From: Candidatus Latescibacterota bacterium
GTDB taxonomy: Bacteria > Krumholzibacteriota > Krumholzibacteriia > WVZY01 > JAKEHA01
Length of the DNA: 64,000 nt
Direction: 5' to 3'
Assembly (NCBI GenBank): GCA_963707635.1
Contig: OY970173.1
Coordinates: 2,496,001-2,560,000, forward strand
This document shows, one piece after another, positions 22,404-32,409 of this stretch. The position numbers and the translations under genes were made by a program. Each line of letters opens with the position of its first letter. Position 1 is the stretch's first letter. Under the pieces are notes generated by a model. The model was given only the letters and a program-made list of their open reading frames with translations. It was not told the DNA's origin and made no database searches.

Positions 22404-22831
22404 CGAACCTCCAGTTCTCCGCCGCGACCCACCAGCAGAATCTCCGACGCCCGGCCCGCCGGGCCCGCGTCCACCTCGGCGGGATTGCCGGGGTCGAGAC
22501 GCCACACCGCCTCGTCGAGCCAGAAGAGGTACTGGTACCTTCCCGGAGAGAGCGTGACGACGATGTCCCACACGCCGTCTCCGTCGTCGTCGCTCATCAG
22601 ACCGATGTCGGCCTCGCCCGCGGGACCGTCCCCCTTCGCCCAGTTGTTGCCGGGCCAGCTGCCCGCGAGCTGCACGCGGTGCGCGGTCGGCGCGAAGAAG
22701 CGGAAGCGGACTCCGTCGTGGGTCACCGCCGGCATCGGCGCGCGCGAGCGCGGGGCCAGCGACGCGCACGACACCGCGCCCGCGACGGCGAGAGCCACGA
22801 TCGCAATCCGTGCGCATTTGAATCGCTCCAT
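22400..22831 (-). CDS. Lipoprotein with CBM48/early-set glycogen-binding domain
   Basis: Lipobox AVSC. FFAPTAHRVQLAGSW..NNW...GVW...LSPGRYQYLF. Confidence 0.8.
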   Translation of the reverse strand: MERFKCARIAIVALAVAGAVSCASLAPRSRAPMPAVTHDGVRFRFFAPTAHRVQLAGSWPGNNWAKGDGPAGEADIGLMSDDDGDGVWDIVVTLSPGRYQYLFWLDEAVWRLDPGNPAEVDAGPAGRASEILLVGRGGELEVR

Positions 22832-22842
22832 CGCCTTCGCTT

Positions 22843-24900
22843 CTAATCCAACTGAATGACGCATTCAAGCTTGATCGTGCCGAGATCTTCCAGCGACGTC
22901 TCCAGCCCGCGCAAGCTCTCGAGGAGCGGCGCCGCGTCGCTGCGCCGCACGCCGCTCTCGATGGTCCCGCGCAGGTACCCGGTCCGGCCGATGTCGGCGT
23001 AGTCCCCGACCACCGGGTCGAACACCACCGGGTCGAATCCGAATCCCAGGTTGAGCGAGACCCCGTCCCACGCGTAGCCCGCTTCCAGATAACCGTCCCA
23101 GTAGGAGGCCGCCGCCTGTGCCGGCGTGTCATCGTACCACGCCATTCTCGCGTCGGCTCGCGCAACCCAGCGCTGGCGGAGCGTGGTCTGAACGAACGCC
23201 CGCGCGCTCGCGTGCCGGACTTCCCCCGCCCACCCGCGCATCTGCACGCGCAGCGTCACCCCGGCCTCGGTCCGCCCGGAGTCCTTCTCCGCGGCGAAGG
23301 TGACCACGTCGTGCGACTCGAGGCCGAGACCGACGATCGAGGGCTCGTCGACCTCGTCCCAGAGTTGAAGCCACGGGTTGCGTTCCGGCCAGTCCGCATA
23401 CAGCGCATCTGGCGTGTCGCCGTAGCTGGCGTCGGTGTAGGTGAGCGTGGCGCGCAACGACCACCCGTGCCACGGGAGCGTGCCTTCGGCCACCACTCGC
23501 TGCACGTCGGCCCGCGACGACCCCTCGATGCCGTCGAAGTCGAAGCGCGTCCCGTCCCAGCGCAGCCGCACGCTTCCCCCCGCCACCGGGGCGGCCAGCT
23601 CGAAGAGCGCGCGCTTCGTGTCCATGATCGGCATGCGCGCGACCGCCGGCACCGCGTCCGCGCCGGGAGCAATCGTCGGCGGCAGCGTGCCCGTCACGGA
23701 TTCCGACGCAAACGCGTGCGCGTCGCAGTCCCCCTGGCCGTACGCGCCCGTGATGCGCAGCCCGTACACGTCGCGGGCGCGCAGCCACGCATTCGTCACG
23801 CGGCGATCCTCGCGGGTCGCGTACTCCGTGGTGGTGAACCCGGACGCGCCGCGCAGCACCGAAGCAAACACGCCGGGGTTGACCCCCAGGTCCTCCCGGC
23901 GCGTGACGCCGAGGTCGAAGCCGCCCAACGACGCGGTCGCGTCCAGCGCGAGGACGTCGGAATCGTCGAACGTGTACGCGTAGGTGTAGACCGTCGTGTC
24001 GGCGGCGGCGCCGGCCGCGAAGGACGCGAGCGCGGACGCCGGGATGGTGACCGCGGGACGCGGCGTGCGGGTGGTCTCGTCGGCGTAGAAGACGCGCAGC
24101 GACGCGTGCGACGCCGACGCCACCGCCGCGACGCCGTGGCGGCGGAACCCGGCGTCGTAGCCGAACACGCCCGCGTCCCCCACCAGCGCCATCGGATCGC
24201 TCGACGCCCACGTGGAGTCGTTCTCGAGGCCGCGCACGTCGATGCGTCCGAAATCGAGGTCGACGCGGCCGCGGTCGAAATACGCGTCGAGCGAGGGCGG
24301 CGACCACGTCCACGACGAATCGTCGGTCGCGACCCGCGCGCGCGCATCGAGGCGGGCGTACGACCCGTTCACTTCCGCGTCGACCCGCTGGGTCCCGTCC
24401 GCGTCGCCGTCGTCGACGCGGAGTGCCCCGATGTAGCGCAACCAGCCGTGCACATGCCGCGCGGGAGCGCCGGTTTCGCGGCGCTCGGTGTCCAGAATCA
24501 GCCCGCCGCTTCGCTCGATGAGCTTGATCGGAGAGCCCTTCTCGGCCGACCCCGGGTTGTCCGGGTCCGCGATCCAGTTCCCGTCGACGACGAACTTGTA
24601 CCGGTATTCACCCGCGACCAGGAACAGGCGCACCTCGAACTCCTCCCCGTTCGCGCGCATGCGCTCGACGGTCGGGTTCCAGAGGTTGAAGTCGCCCACC
24701 AGGTACACCTCCTGCGCGCCGGGCGCGCGCAGGGTGAAAACGACCTCGTCCTGCTCGACGCGAACGGCGGCGTGCGCCGGGAACGCGACAGCGGCGACGA
24801 CGGCGGCGCACAGCACTGCTAACCACGTGTGGCGCGCGCGTCGGGTATCCCCGCGAGCGGGGGCCCCTCCCGACACGCGCCCGCAAGTTCGCCGAATCAC
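22843..24900 (-). CDS. Exported protein: N-terminal CBM48-like domain fused to a probable outer-membrane beta-barrel
   Basis: Signal peptide (...AFPAHA|A). EVYLVGDFNLWNP...GEYRYKFVVDGNWIADPDNP. The remainder has amphipathic beta-strand patterns. GTG start overlaps the upstream stop; start uncertain. Confidence 0.7.
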   Translation of the reverse strand: MIRRTCGRVSGGAPARGDTRRARHTWLAVLCAAVVAAVAFPAHAAVRVEQDEVVFTLRAPGAQEVYLVGDFNLWNPTVERMRANGEEFEVRLFLVAGEYRYKFVVDGNWIADPDNPGSAEKGSPIKLIERSGGLILDTERRETGAPARHVHGWLRYIGALRVDDGDADGTQRVDAEVNGSYARLDARARVATDDSSWTWSPPSLDAYFDRGRVDLDFGRIDVRGLENDSTWASSDPMALVGDAGVFGYDAGFRRHGVAAVASASHASLRVFYADETTRTPRPAVTIPASALASFAAGAAADTTVYTYAYTFDDSDVLALDATASLGGFDLGVTRREDLGVNPGVFASVLRGASGFTTTEYATREDRRVTNAWLRARDVYGLRITGAYGQGDCDAHAFASESVTGTLPPTIAPGADAVPAVARMPIMDTKRALFELAAPVAGGSVRLRWDGTRFDFDGIEGSSRADVQRVVAEGTLPWHGWSLRATLTYTDASYGDTPDALYADWPERNPWLQLWDEVDEPSIVGLGLESHDVVTFAAEKDSGRTEAGVTLRVQMRGWAGEVRHASARAFVQTTLRQRWVARADARMAWYDDTPAQAAASYWDGYLEAGYAWDGVSLNLGFGFDPVVFDPVVGDYADIGRTGYLRGTIESGVRRSDAAPLLESLRGLETSLEDLGTIKLECVIQLD

Positions 24901-26372
24901 AGGTCCCCCCGCACGGAAAACGTGAGCACGCCGTCGCTGTCGGGGGCGGGCGCCCAGTCGTTCTCCTCGAGGAAGTACGGGTCGTCGCCCACGACGGCGC
25001 GGCCGTAGCCGAGGGTGAGCCAGGTGCGCCGCGTCGGACGGAACTCGAGGCGCGCGAATACCGCCTGCGTCCATGGCGGTGCATCGCGCACGATCCAGCG
25101 CAGGTAGAGCGCGCTGGTCGCGCTCCAGTTGACGCGGCCTTCCACGCCGGCCGAAGCGACGCTCGCGACGCCGATGCGGTCTACCATGGCGTCGACGCGG
25201 CCCGAAAAGCGCTGCAGCCCGCGTCCGTACCCGACGTGCACGAGGCCCGCGTCCTCACCGCCATCGGCGTCGTCGCGCGCCACACCCGCGCGCACCAGCA
25301 CGCCCGAGTTGTCGCGGAGCAACGCGTGCGCGGAGAGCTCGAGCGACCGTCGCGTCGCGTCGAAGAACTCGAAGCGGGTTTGCTCGCGCAGCGCGAGCCG
25401 CGCGTCGACCGCGTAGCGCCGGTGCGACCAATCCAGCCACGCCGCGCGGTCGACCGTCCCGGGGCGTCGCGACGAGAGATCGTCCACGTAGTCGGCGCCC
25501 GCCAGGTCATAGTGAAGCGTCGCCGTGATCCACCCGCTGGCGCCGACGCCGACGCGGTTCGCGCGCACCTCCGCAAACGTCGCCGAATTCTCCGGCGCGG
25601 CCGCGCGATACCCGGAACCCAGGTCGTCCCACGACGCGCCCGGGAAGAACATCCCGCTCCCGAACCCGGATTGCTCGTACGAGACCACCGCGGTCGCCCA
25701 GCGCGCGCAGGCCGATGCTTCGGCCTTCGCGATCGCGTGGTCGTCGCCCTGCTCGGGCGCGTTGTGGAGGTAGGAAAGCGAGGCGAATGCGTGCGAACCG
25801 GCATAGCGGGCGGCGCCGAGCTGAAGCACGCGGGTCGAAGGGCCCTCGTCGAGCCCGGCCGCCAGATACATCGCGCCGAAGTCGCCGCGCGAGCCGTCGA
25901 CGCGGATGCCGAGGCGGTGCGTGAAGCGTTCCACGCGGTCGTCGTCGACGATCGGGGTCCCGAGCTCGCCGGTGAAGAAGCGGCGCTCGTCGCCGAACGC
26001 GCAGGCTTCGATCGCGGTCCGGGAGGTGTCGCGCCACGCGTAGCGATACTCGCCCTGTGCGAGCCGAAACGCCACCCGGCCGAGCGCGTCGTCGGTCTGG
26101 TTCCACGACGCGACCCCCTTGAGGTAGAACCGGCCGCTGCGCTCGCCGCCGACCGTGGCGTCCGCCATGAAGCGCGACGAATCGGCGGGCGATCGTGACG
26201 CGAGATTCCACGCCGGCACCGCAGACTCGTCGGCAACCAGGCGGATGTCCAGCCGGGCACGCAGCGCCACCGGGACCGGGGAGCGCACGCCGATCGCATG
26301 CGCGCCCGATGCGAGCGCGCCCGACGCGAGCAGGATCGCGCCCGCGAGTCCCGTGCTAGCGCGACGAACCAT
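24897..26372 (-). CDS. Hypothetical exported, probable outer-membrane beta-barrel protein
   Basis: Signal peptide (...SGAHA|). Many alternating aromatic/hydrophobic strands. Ends with GVLTFSVRGDL. Confidence 0.65.
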   Translation of the reverse strand: MVRRASTGLAGAILLASGALASGAHAIGVRSPVPVALRARLDIRLVADESAVPAWNLASRSPADSSRFMADATVGGERSGRFYLKGVASWNQTDDALGRVAFRLAQGEYRYAWRDTSRTAIEACAFGDERRFFTGELGTPIVDDDRVERFTHRLGIRVDGSRGDFGAMYLAAGLDEGPSTRVLQLGAARYAGSHAFASLSYLHNAPEQGDDHAIAKAEASACARWATAVVSYEQSGFGSGMFFPGASWDDLGSGYRAAAPENSATFAEVRANRVGVGASGWITATLHYDLAGADYVDDLSSRRPGTVDRAAWLDWSHRRYAVDARLALREQTRFEFFDATRRSLELSAHALLRDNSGVLVRAGVARDDADGGEDAGLVHVGYGRGLQRFSGRVDAMVDRIGVASVASAGVEGRVNWSATSALYLRWIVRDAPPWTQAVFARLEFRPTRRTWLTLGYGRAVVGDDPYFLEENDWAPAPDSDGVLTFSVRGDL

Positions 26373-27246
26373 AGGGGGTCACTTTCTGTGGCCGCGAGTA
26401 GCGCAACGTCACGGCATAGCTCGCTCCGAGCGTTTCGTGGCCGGTCATGCCCGCGTCGAAGGCGAACCCCTGCCACAGAATGCCAACGCCGATCGTCGCG
26501 CGGTTGGAATCCAGGCCGCCGCGCAGCGCCAGGTGGCGCTCGAGACGCAGCTCCGCGCCGCCCCGATTCCTCCACGCGCCGGTGGCGTCCTGACGCGTCT
26601 CGACCGTGACCACCAGGCGATCCTGCCAGTAGTACGCCAGGCCCACCGCCTGGGCGGATTCCAGCGCGGTCGATCCGCCGCCCGGGACGAGGTCGATGTC
26701 GGGCTGGTTGAGATTGCGAATCGAGTAACCGACTCCGATGAACGCGAATGGACGCAGCAGCACGCCGGCGCCGAAGGCGACCGCGGTGGCGGGGTCGGCC
26801 GCTTCGTCCCCGGCGGCGACACGCGCGAGGTCCACGGACGCGCCGACTGAGAGCGACGCGTCTTCGGACGTGCGCTTCACGTCGCAAGCCACCGCGACCG
26901 TCAGCAGGTCTTCGGAGTACGCGCCGGCGAGGCCGCGGTGAAACCACGACGCGCCCAGGTTCACGCCTGGCACCGGCACCGCCACGGCGAGGTAGCCGTC
27001 GTCGAGGCCGGTGACGCCGTACGGGCGCTGGTAGGTGGCGAGGAGAGAGAGCGTGGGCAGGCTGCACAGGCCGGCCGGGTTGTCGACGACCGCGGAGGCG
27101 TCGTCCGCGATGGCAACGAACGCCCCGCCGAGCGCTGCTGCCCGCGTGGACAGGAGCGGGCGTTCGAAGTGCGCCGACGCCGCCGGAGCCAGTCCCGCGG
27201 CGAACAGCGCGACCACCGCACCGATGCGACCACCCGCCGGTGTCAT
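26356..27246 (-). CDS. PorV/PorP-like outer-membrane barrel
   Basis: Signal peptide, then STRAAALGGAFVAIADDASAVVDNPAGL. C-terminal HETLGASYAVTLRY. Confidence 0.78.
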   Translation of the reverse strand: MTPAGGRIGAVVALFAAGLAPAASAHFERPLLSTRAAALGGAFVAIADDASAVVDNPAGLCSLPTLSLLATYQRPYGVTGLDDGYLAVAVPVPGVNLGASWFHRGLAGAYSEDLLTVAVACDVKRTSEDASLSVGASVDLARVAAGDEAADPATAVAFGAGVLLRPFAFIGVGYSIRNLNQPDIDLVPGGGSTALESAQAVGLAYYWQDRLVVTVETRQDATGAWRNRGGAELRLERHLALRGGLDSNRATIGVGILWQGFAFDAGMTGHETLGASYAVTLRYSRPQKVTPYGSSR

Positions 27247-28352
27247 CGGACGACCGCGACTCCGATGCTCGCGCGCGCGCGGCTGCGCTCGGCGCCGCCG
27301 GTGAACTCCAGGTCGAACGTGGCCACGAATACGCCGCCGGGGACGATGCGCCCCTGCGCGTCGCGCCCGTCCCAGGTGATCGAGGCCTGCGGGGCGGGGC
27401 CGGCCAGTGCAACCGCAAACTCGCGGACTTCGCGGCCGTCCACCGAGAAGATCGTGCACGACCCCGAGACATCCTCGAACTCACCGGTGTGCGGGGCGAC
27501 GGTGAACGTCGCCGCCTCCGCGCGATCCGGCGCGAAGGCGCGCGTGTCCACGCGAACCCCGAGCGACTCTTTTCCCTGCGCGAGCGTCGCCTCCGTGCTG
27601 GTCTCGATGGCCGCCACCGCGCGCGGGGAGACGCCCGCGTCCGGACGACCGTCGGCGTCGGCGTCGGCGACGACCGCCAGCACGCGGTCGAGCCGCGCGC
27701 GCGCGAAGCGATCCGCTTCGGGCACGACGCGCGGATCCGGCGCCGCATCGCCGCTGCCGGTGCCCACGCCGCCGGTGATCGCACTCACCAGCCGCACCGG
27801 GCTCTCGAGGGAGAGGCGCGCCCACGGGATCGCCAACTCGAAACCGGCGCGGCCGTCGATGCTGGATTGCACCGCCGCCGGGAGCGTCGCCCGGTCCACC
27901 AGCGCGAACGGGTGGGACGCGTCGACCATCGCGACGCTGGGCGCCGCGTGGGGAGCGGCGAGCGCGATCAGGTTGGGTCGAATGCCGGGAAGGTCGATCG
28001 CCCGCCGAAACGAACCGGCGCCGTCGAGCTCGCTCAACCCGCCCGCCGTGGCGGCGAGGAACACGGCGGCGTATTCGCCGCGCGAACGAAAGTCGACGGC
28101 GAGATACAGGAACTCCGCGTCCCAGGTGAGTGCCACGCGGGCCAGATCGCGGTCGCTGCCCCAGCGTGAATCGGTGTCGCTCTCCGGAAACGTGCTGGTG
28201 GAGTCGAGCACCCACTCGTCCGCCGCGTACTCGTCGAGGACACCGTCGATGGAAATGCGGTCGCGAAGCGAGGTCGCGGTGGTGGGGTGGACCGCGGTGG
28301 GGGCGAGCGAGGCGAGGAGAGCGAGGCAGCCCGCGCGGCGCCGCAGCTTCAC
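27243..28352 (-). CDS. Secreted protein with CBM9/DOMON-like N-terminal domain and C-terminal FlgD-Ig/T9SS sorting domain
   Basis: ISIDGVLDEY...VALTWDAEFLYLAV. C-terminus AFAPD...IFSVDGREVR...WDGRDAQG..V.GGVF...VAVVR. Confidence 0.72.
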   Translation of the reverse strand: MKLRRRAGCLALLASLAPTAVHPTTATSLRDRISIDGVLDEYAADEWVLDSTSTFPESDTDSRWGSDRDLARVALTWDAEFLYLAVDFRSRGEYAAVFLAATAGGLSELDGAGSFRRAIDLPGIRPNLIALAAPHAAPSVAMVDASHPFALVDRATLPAAVQSSIDGRAGFELAIPWARLSLESPVRLVSAITGGVGTGSGDAAPDPRVVPEADRFARARLDRVLAVVADADADGRPDAGVSPRAVAAIETSTEATLAQGKESLGVRVDTRAFAPDRAEAATFTVAPHTGEFEDVSGSCTIFSVDGREVREFAVALAGPAPQASITWDGRDAQGRIVPGGVFVATFDLEFTGGAERSRARASIGVAVVR

Positions 28353-28834
28353 CGGGTCGCTCCCTCTTCGTCCAGTCGCTTGAGGCCCTCGAGGATCAGG
28401 TGGTCGAGCGGGATGTCGATGAACACGTCCTGCGTCTTCGGCTTGCGCCCGTAGGTGAAGCGAAACTTACCCGTGCGCCAGCGGACGACTTCGTACACGA
28501 CTTCCTTGATCTGCTCTTCGATCGCCCGCCGCAGCGTGAGCGCGTCGATGGCCCCCATCTCCACGAGCACCGTCCCCAGCCGCGTCCGCTCTTCCTTCAT
28601 CTCCAGCGCGCGTTCCAGGTGCTCGCGGGTGATGAACCGCTGCGCCACCAGATACTCGCCCAGCTTGACCCGCCGGTTGGTGATCTCCGCGTAGGTCACG
28701 CTCCCCTCGTCGAAAAACACGCGGGCAGTGCTGGGGCCGTGTTCGAGCGCCAGCTCGCCGGTGCTCTGCGCGAGATTGATCAGTTGCAGGACCGAAATGG
28801 GTCCGAAGATCGCGAGATTACCGCGCAAGTCCAC
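28349..28834 (-). CDS. Stand-alone DUF4388 (PATAN-like) domain protein
   Basis: LRGNLAIF...VLQLI...STGEL...FFDEG, KLGEYLV..., RLGTVLVEMG, W..G.F.F and LILEGLKRLDE. Confidence 0.82.
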   Translation of the reverse strand: MDLRGNLAIFGPISVLQLINLAQSTGELALEHGPSTARVFFDEGSVTYAEITNRRVKLGEYLVAQRFITREHLERALEMKEERTRLGTVLVEMGAIDALTLRRAIEEQIKEVVYEVVRWRTGKFRFTYGRKPKTQDVFIDIPLDHLILEGLKRLDEEGATR

Positions 28835-28843
28835 TTCGCTACC

Positions 28844-29722
28844 TCACATCGCGCGCCGGGCGCGCCGCCGGTGCATCCACCCCAGACGGGCCTGGGAAAC
28901 GACTATAGACGCAAATCCGAGGCCGAGAAAAGCGAATAGAGCCTCTCGGACCGCGGGCGAGAGACGCGCGCCGCCCGCGCTCGCCATGAGCACGGCAACT
29001 CCTGCCGCCTGCACCACCCCGACCACCTTGCCCGGTATCGTCGCTCGAAACTCGATGCCGCCGGTCGCGAGGAACAGACCCAGCGAGCCCGCCAGCAGCA
29101 TGGCGTAGCGCACGGTCAGGAGGAGGTATAGCCACCCGGGGACGAGATTGTCGACTACAAACACGGTGAAGACGGCGTAGGTGGAAACGACGTCCGCCAC
29201 CGGGTCCATGACGACGCCGAACTCGCTCGGTTCGCGCCGCGCGCGGGCGACGACGCCGTCGGCCACGTCGGTGATCGCGAGCAGCGCGTAGACGGCCAGC
29301 GCCGCCTGGTAGTCGTGCCGGGCGAGCAGCACGACCACCGGGCCGATCAGGACCAATCGAAGCACGGTCAGGGCGTTGGCGGCTCCGAACCGGGAGAGCG
29401 GGTGCGCGTCGCCTCCGGCCGACGGCGAAACGACCAGCGTGATCGCGCTGCACCAGACGAGCGCGGCCGCGAACAGCCCCCCCGCGAGGGTCGCGCCCAC
29501 CATCGTGAGCGCGTCGCGAAGCGGGCCGGGGAAACCCATGCACGACCCGGCGGCGGCAACCGCCGCGAGCGCCAGCGACGCGCGCATGCCGGCGCGAACC
29601 ACGGGGCCGTGCGCCCGGCGCGCCTCGGCCGCGTCGCGCCCGCTCTCGCGGACGAACACGGCGAACGACGCGATCCCCCCGCGTCGGAGCATCGCGGCGC
29701 GGGCGCGGGCTGAGAACATCAT
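28844..29722 (-). CDS. CDP-alcohol phosphatidyltransferase family protein
   Basis: ANALTVLR and TDVADGVVAR....SEFGVVMDPVAD signature. Confidence 0.88.
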   Translation of the reverse strand: MMFSARARAAMLRRGGIASFAVFVRESGRDAAEARRAHGPVVRAGMRASLALAAVAAAGSCMGFPGPLRDALTMVGATLAGGLFAAALVWCSAITLVVSPSAGGDAHPLSRFGAANALTVLRLVLIGPVVVLLARHDYQAALAVYALLAITDVADGVVARARREPSEFGVVMDPVADVVSTYAVFTVFVVDNLVPGWLYLLLTVRYAMLLAGSLGLFLATGGIEFRATIPGKVVGVVQAAGVAVLMASAGGARLSPAVREALFAFLGLGFASIVVSQARLGWMHRRRARRAM

Positions 29723-29758
29723 GCGTGCGTCGCGGGCCGGGCGGGCCGCCGGAGGGTC

Positions 29759-32407
29759 CTAGAGCGCGGCGTGCGCGGCCGCGAGCCTCGCCACCGGCAC
29801 CCGAAAGGGCGAACAACTGACGTAGTCGAGTCCGATCTCGTGCATCAAACGCACGGACGCCGGGTCGCCGCCGTGCTCGCCGCACACCCCCACCTTGAGA
29901 GACGGCTTCGCGCGGCGGCCCTCCTCGGTAGCCAGCCGGACCAGCCGGCCGACGCCATCCACGTCGATGGTCTCGAACGGATCCCGGGACAGGATCCCGG
30001 CGTCGATGTACGCACGAATGAACTTCGGCGAGTCGTCGCGACTGAAGCCGAACGTCATCTGCGTGAGGTCGTTGGTTCCGAAGCTGAAGAAGTCCGACAC
30101 GTCGGCGATCTCCGCCGCCGTGAGCGCCGCCCGTGGCACTTCGATCATGGTGCCCACCGTGTAGTCGATCCGCTCGTGCAGCCCCGCGAGCACCCGCTCC
30201 GCCTCGCGCACGATCAGCGAGCGCAGCCACACGAGCTCCGCGCGCAACCCCACCAGCGGCACCATGATCTCGGGGTGTACAACGGTGCCGCCGGCCCGCA
30301 CCGTACACGCGGCCTCGATGATGGCCCGAACCTGGATTTCGTAGATCTCGGGAAAGGTGATGCCGAGGCGGCACCCGCGGTGGCCGAGCATCGGGTTGAA
30401 CTCGTGGAGCGACTGGATCTTGAGCGTCAGGGCGTGCGCGTCGACACCGATTCGCCGCGCGAGCGCGTCGATTTCCGCCGCCTGGGTGGGGACGAATTCG
30501 TGCAGCGGCGGGTCGAGCAGCCGGATCGTGACCGGAAACCCGTCCATCGCTCGAAAAACGCCGGCGAAGTCCTCGCGCTGCATGGGAAGAATTCGCTCGA
30601 GCGCCTCCAGACGAGCCTCCCGCGTGTCGGCGAGGATCATGCGACGCACCCAGTCGATGCGATCTTCCTGAAAGAACATGTGCTCGGTGCGGCACAGCCC
30701 GATGCCCTCCGCGCCGAAACGGCGCGCCTGCACGGCGTCCGTGGGCGTGTCCGCATTCGCGCGCACCTTGAGCGTGCGGAAGCGATCGACCCAGGTCATG
30801 AAGCGGTCGAAGGTGCGGTCGAGCGTCGCTGCCACGGTCGGAACCTCGCCTGCGTACACCTTGCCGGTGCTACCCTCGACCGTGATGGTGTCTCCCTCGC
30901 GAAACACGCGGCCGTTTGCGCGAAACTCCTCCGCCGCGTAGTCGACGGTGATGCCGGTGCACCCGACCACACAGCACTTCCCCATCCCCCGCGCCACCAC
31001 CGCGGCGTGCGACGTCATGCCGCCGGTGCTGGTGAGGATGGCCCGCGCCACCTTCATGCCGTCGATGTCCTCCGGGGAGGTTTCCGAGCGCACCAGCACC
31101 ACGCGCTCGCCGGCCCCCGCGCGCTCTACCGCGCGCGCTACCGTGAACACCACGCGCCCCGACGCGGCGCCGGGGGACGCGGGCAGCCCCTGCGCCACGG
31201 CGGCGGGGGCGTCCGCGGGGTCGATGGTGGGGTGGAGGAGCTGCTCCAGCTGCTCCGGCGCCACTCGCTGGACGGCGGTGCGCTCGTCGATCAGTCCCTC
31301 GTCCACCATGTCCACCGCGATGCGCACCGCGGCGTGCCCGGTCCGCTTCCCTCCCCGCGTCTGCAACATCCACAGGCGCCCCGACTCGATCGTGAACTCG
31401 ATGTCCTGCATGTCGCGGTAATGGTGTTCCAGGCGCTCGTAGACGTCGACCAGTTGGCCATACAGCGCCGGCATGCGGGCCTCGAGACTCTCCGCCGTGC
31501 CGTTGATCGCCATTGGCGTGCGGGTACCAGCGACCACATCCTCCCCCTGCGCGTTGACGAGATACTCGCCGAAAAAGCGTTTGGCTCCGGTGGACGGATC
31601 GCGTGTGAAGGCGACTCCGGTCGCGCAGTCGTCACCCATGTTGCCGAACACCATTGCCTGGACGGTGACGGCCGTGCCCCAGTGGTCGGGGTAGCCGTGC
31701 ATGGCGCGGTAGGAGACGGCGCGGGGGGAATTCCAGGAGCGGAACACCGCTGCGATCGCGCCCCAGAGCTGCTGATGGGGATCCTGCGGGAAGTCCGCGC
31801 CGGTGGCGGCGCGGACGATCTCGCGCTGCTCGCGCACCAGATCCTCCAGCACGTCGGCGCGCAGCTCGTGGTCCGCGTCCGCGCGGGCCGCGACGCGACG
31901 CGACGTCAGCGCGTGCTCGAATCGCTCGGAGGGGATCCCGAGGACGACGTCGCCGTACATCTGGATGAGGCGGCGATAACTGTCGAGCGCGAAGCGGGGG
32001 TTGCGCGTGCGCTCTCCGAGGCCGCGCACCGTCTCGTCGTTGAGGCCGAGGTTCAAGACCGTGTCCATCATACCCGGCATTGACGCGCGCGCGCCGGAAC
32101 GCACGGATACCAGCAGCGGACTGGACGGGTCGCCGAAGCGCCGGCCGGTTTCCACCTCGAGGCGGTGGAGGTGCTCGGCCACTTCCTCGCCCAGACCGTC
32201 CGGATACCCGCCGGTGTGCGCCATGAAGTAGGCGCACACTTCGGTGGTGATGGTGAAGCCGGGAGGGACCGGGATACCGAGGTTGGCCATCTCGGCCACG
32301 TCGGCGCCCTTGCCGCCGAGGAGGTCGCGCATCGCCGCCCCGCCTTCCGCGCGCGGCGCGCCAAAATGGTACACGTGCTGGACGGAGGGCTTGCGCGCGC
32401 GCGTCAT
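29759..32407 (-). CDS. ppdK: Pyruvate, phosphate dikinase
   Basis: LLGGKG, LLVSVRSGARASMPGMMDTVLNLG, GGMTSHAAVVARG, GIGLCRTEHMFF and GVCGEHGG. Confidence 0.97.
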   Translation of the reverse strand: MTRARKPSVQHVYHFGAPRAEGGAAMRDLLGGKGADVAEMANLGIPVPPGFTITTEVCAYFMAHTGGYPDGLGEEVAEHLHRLEVETGRRFGDPSSPLLVSVRSGARASMPGMMDTVLNLGLNDETVRGLGERTRNPRFALDSYRRLIQMYGDVVLGIPSERFEHALTSRRVAARADADHELRADVLEDLVREQREIVRAATGADFPQDPHQQLWGAIAAVFRSWNSPRAVSYRAMHGYPDHWGTAVTVQAMVFGNMGDDCATGVAFTRDPSTGAKRFFGEYLVNAQGEDVVAGTRTPMAINGTAESLEARMPALYGQLVDVYERLEHHYRDMQDIEFTIESGRLWMLQTRGGKRTGHAAVRIAVDMVDEGLIDERTAVQRVAPEQLEQLLHPTIDPADAPAAVAQGLPASPGAASGRVVFTVARAVERAGAGERVVLVRSETSPEDIDGMKVARAILTSTGGMTSHAAVVARGMGKCCVVGCTGITVDYAAEEFRANGRVFREGDTITVEGSTGKVYAGEVPTVAATLDRTFDRFMTWVDRFRTLKVRANADTPTDAVQARRFGAEGIGLCRTEHMFFQEDRIDWVRRMILADTREARLEALERILPMQREDFAGVFRAMDGFPVTIRLLDPPLHEFVPTQAAEIDALARRIGVDAHALTLKIQSLHEFNPMLGHRGCRLGITFPEIYEIQVRAIIEAACTVRAGGTVVHPEIMVPLVGLRAELVWLRSLIVREAERVLAGLHERIDYTVGTMIEVPRAALTAAEIADVSDFFSFGTNDLTQMTFGFSRDDSPKFIRAYIDAGILSRDPFETIDVDGVGRLVRLATEEGRRAKPSLKVGVCGEHGGDPASVRLMHEIGLDYVSCSPFRVPVARLAAAHAAL

Positions 32408-32409
32408 CG

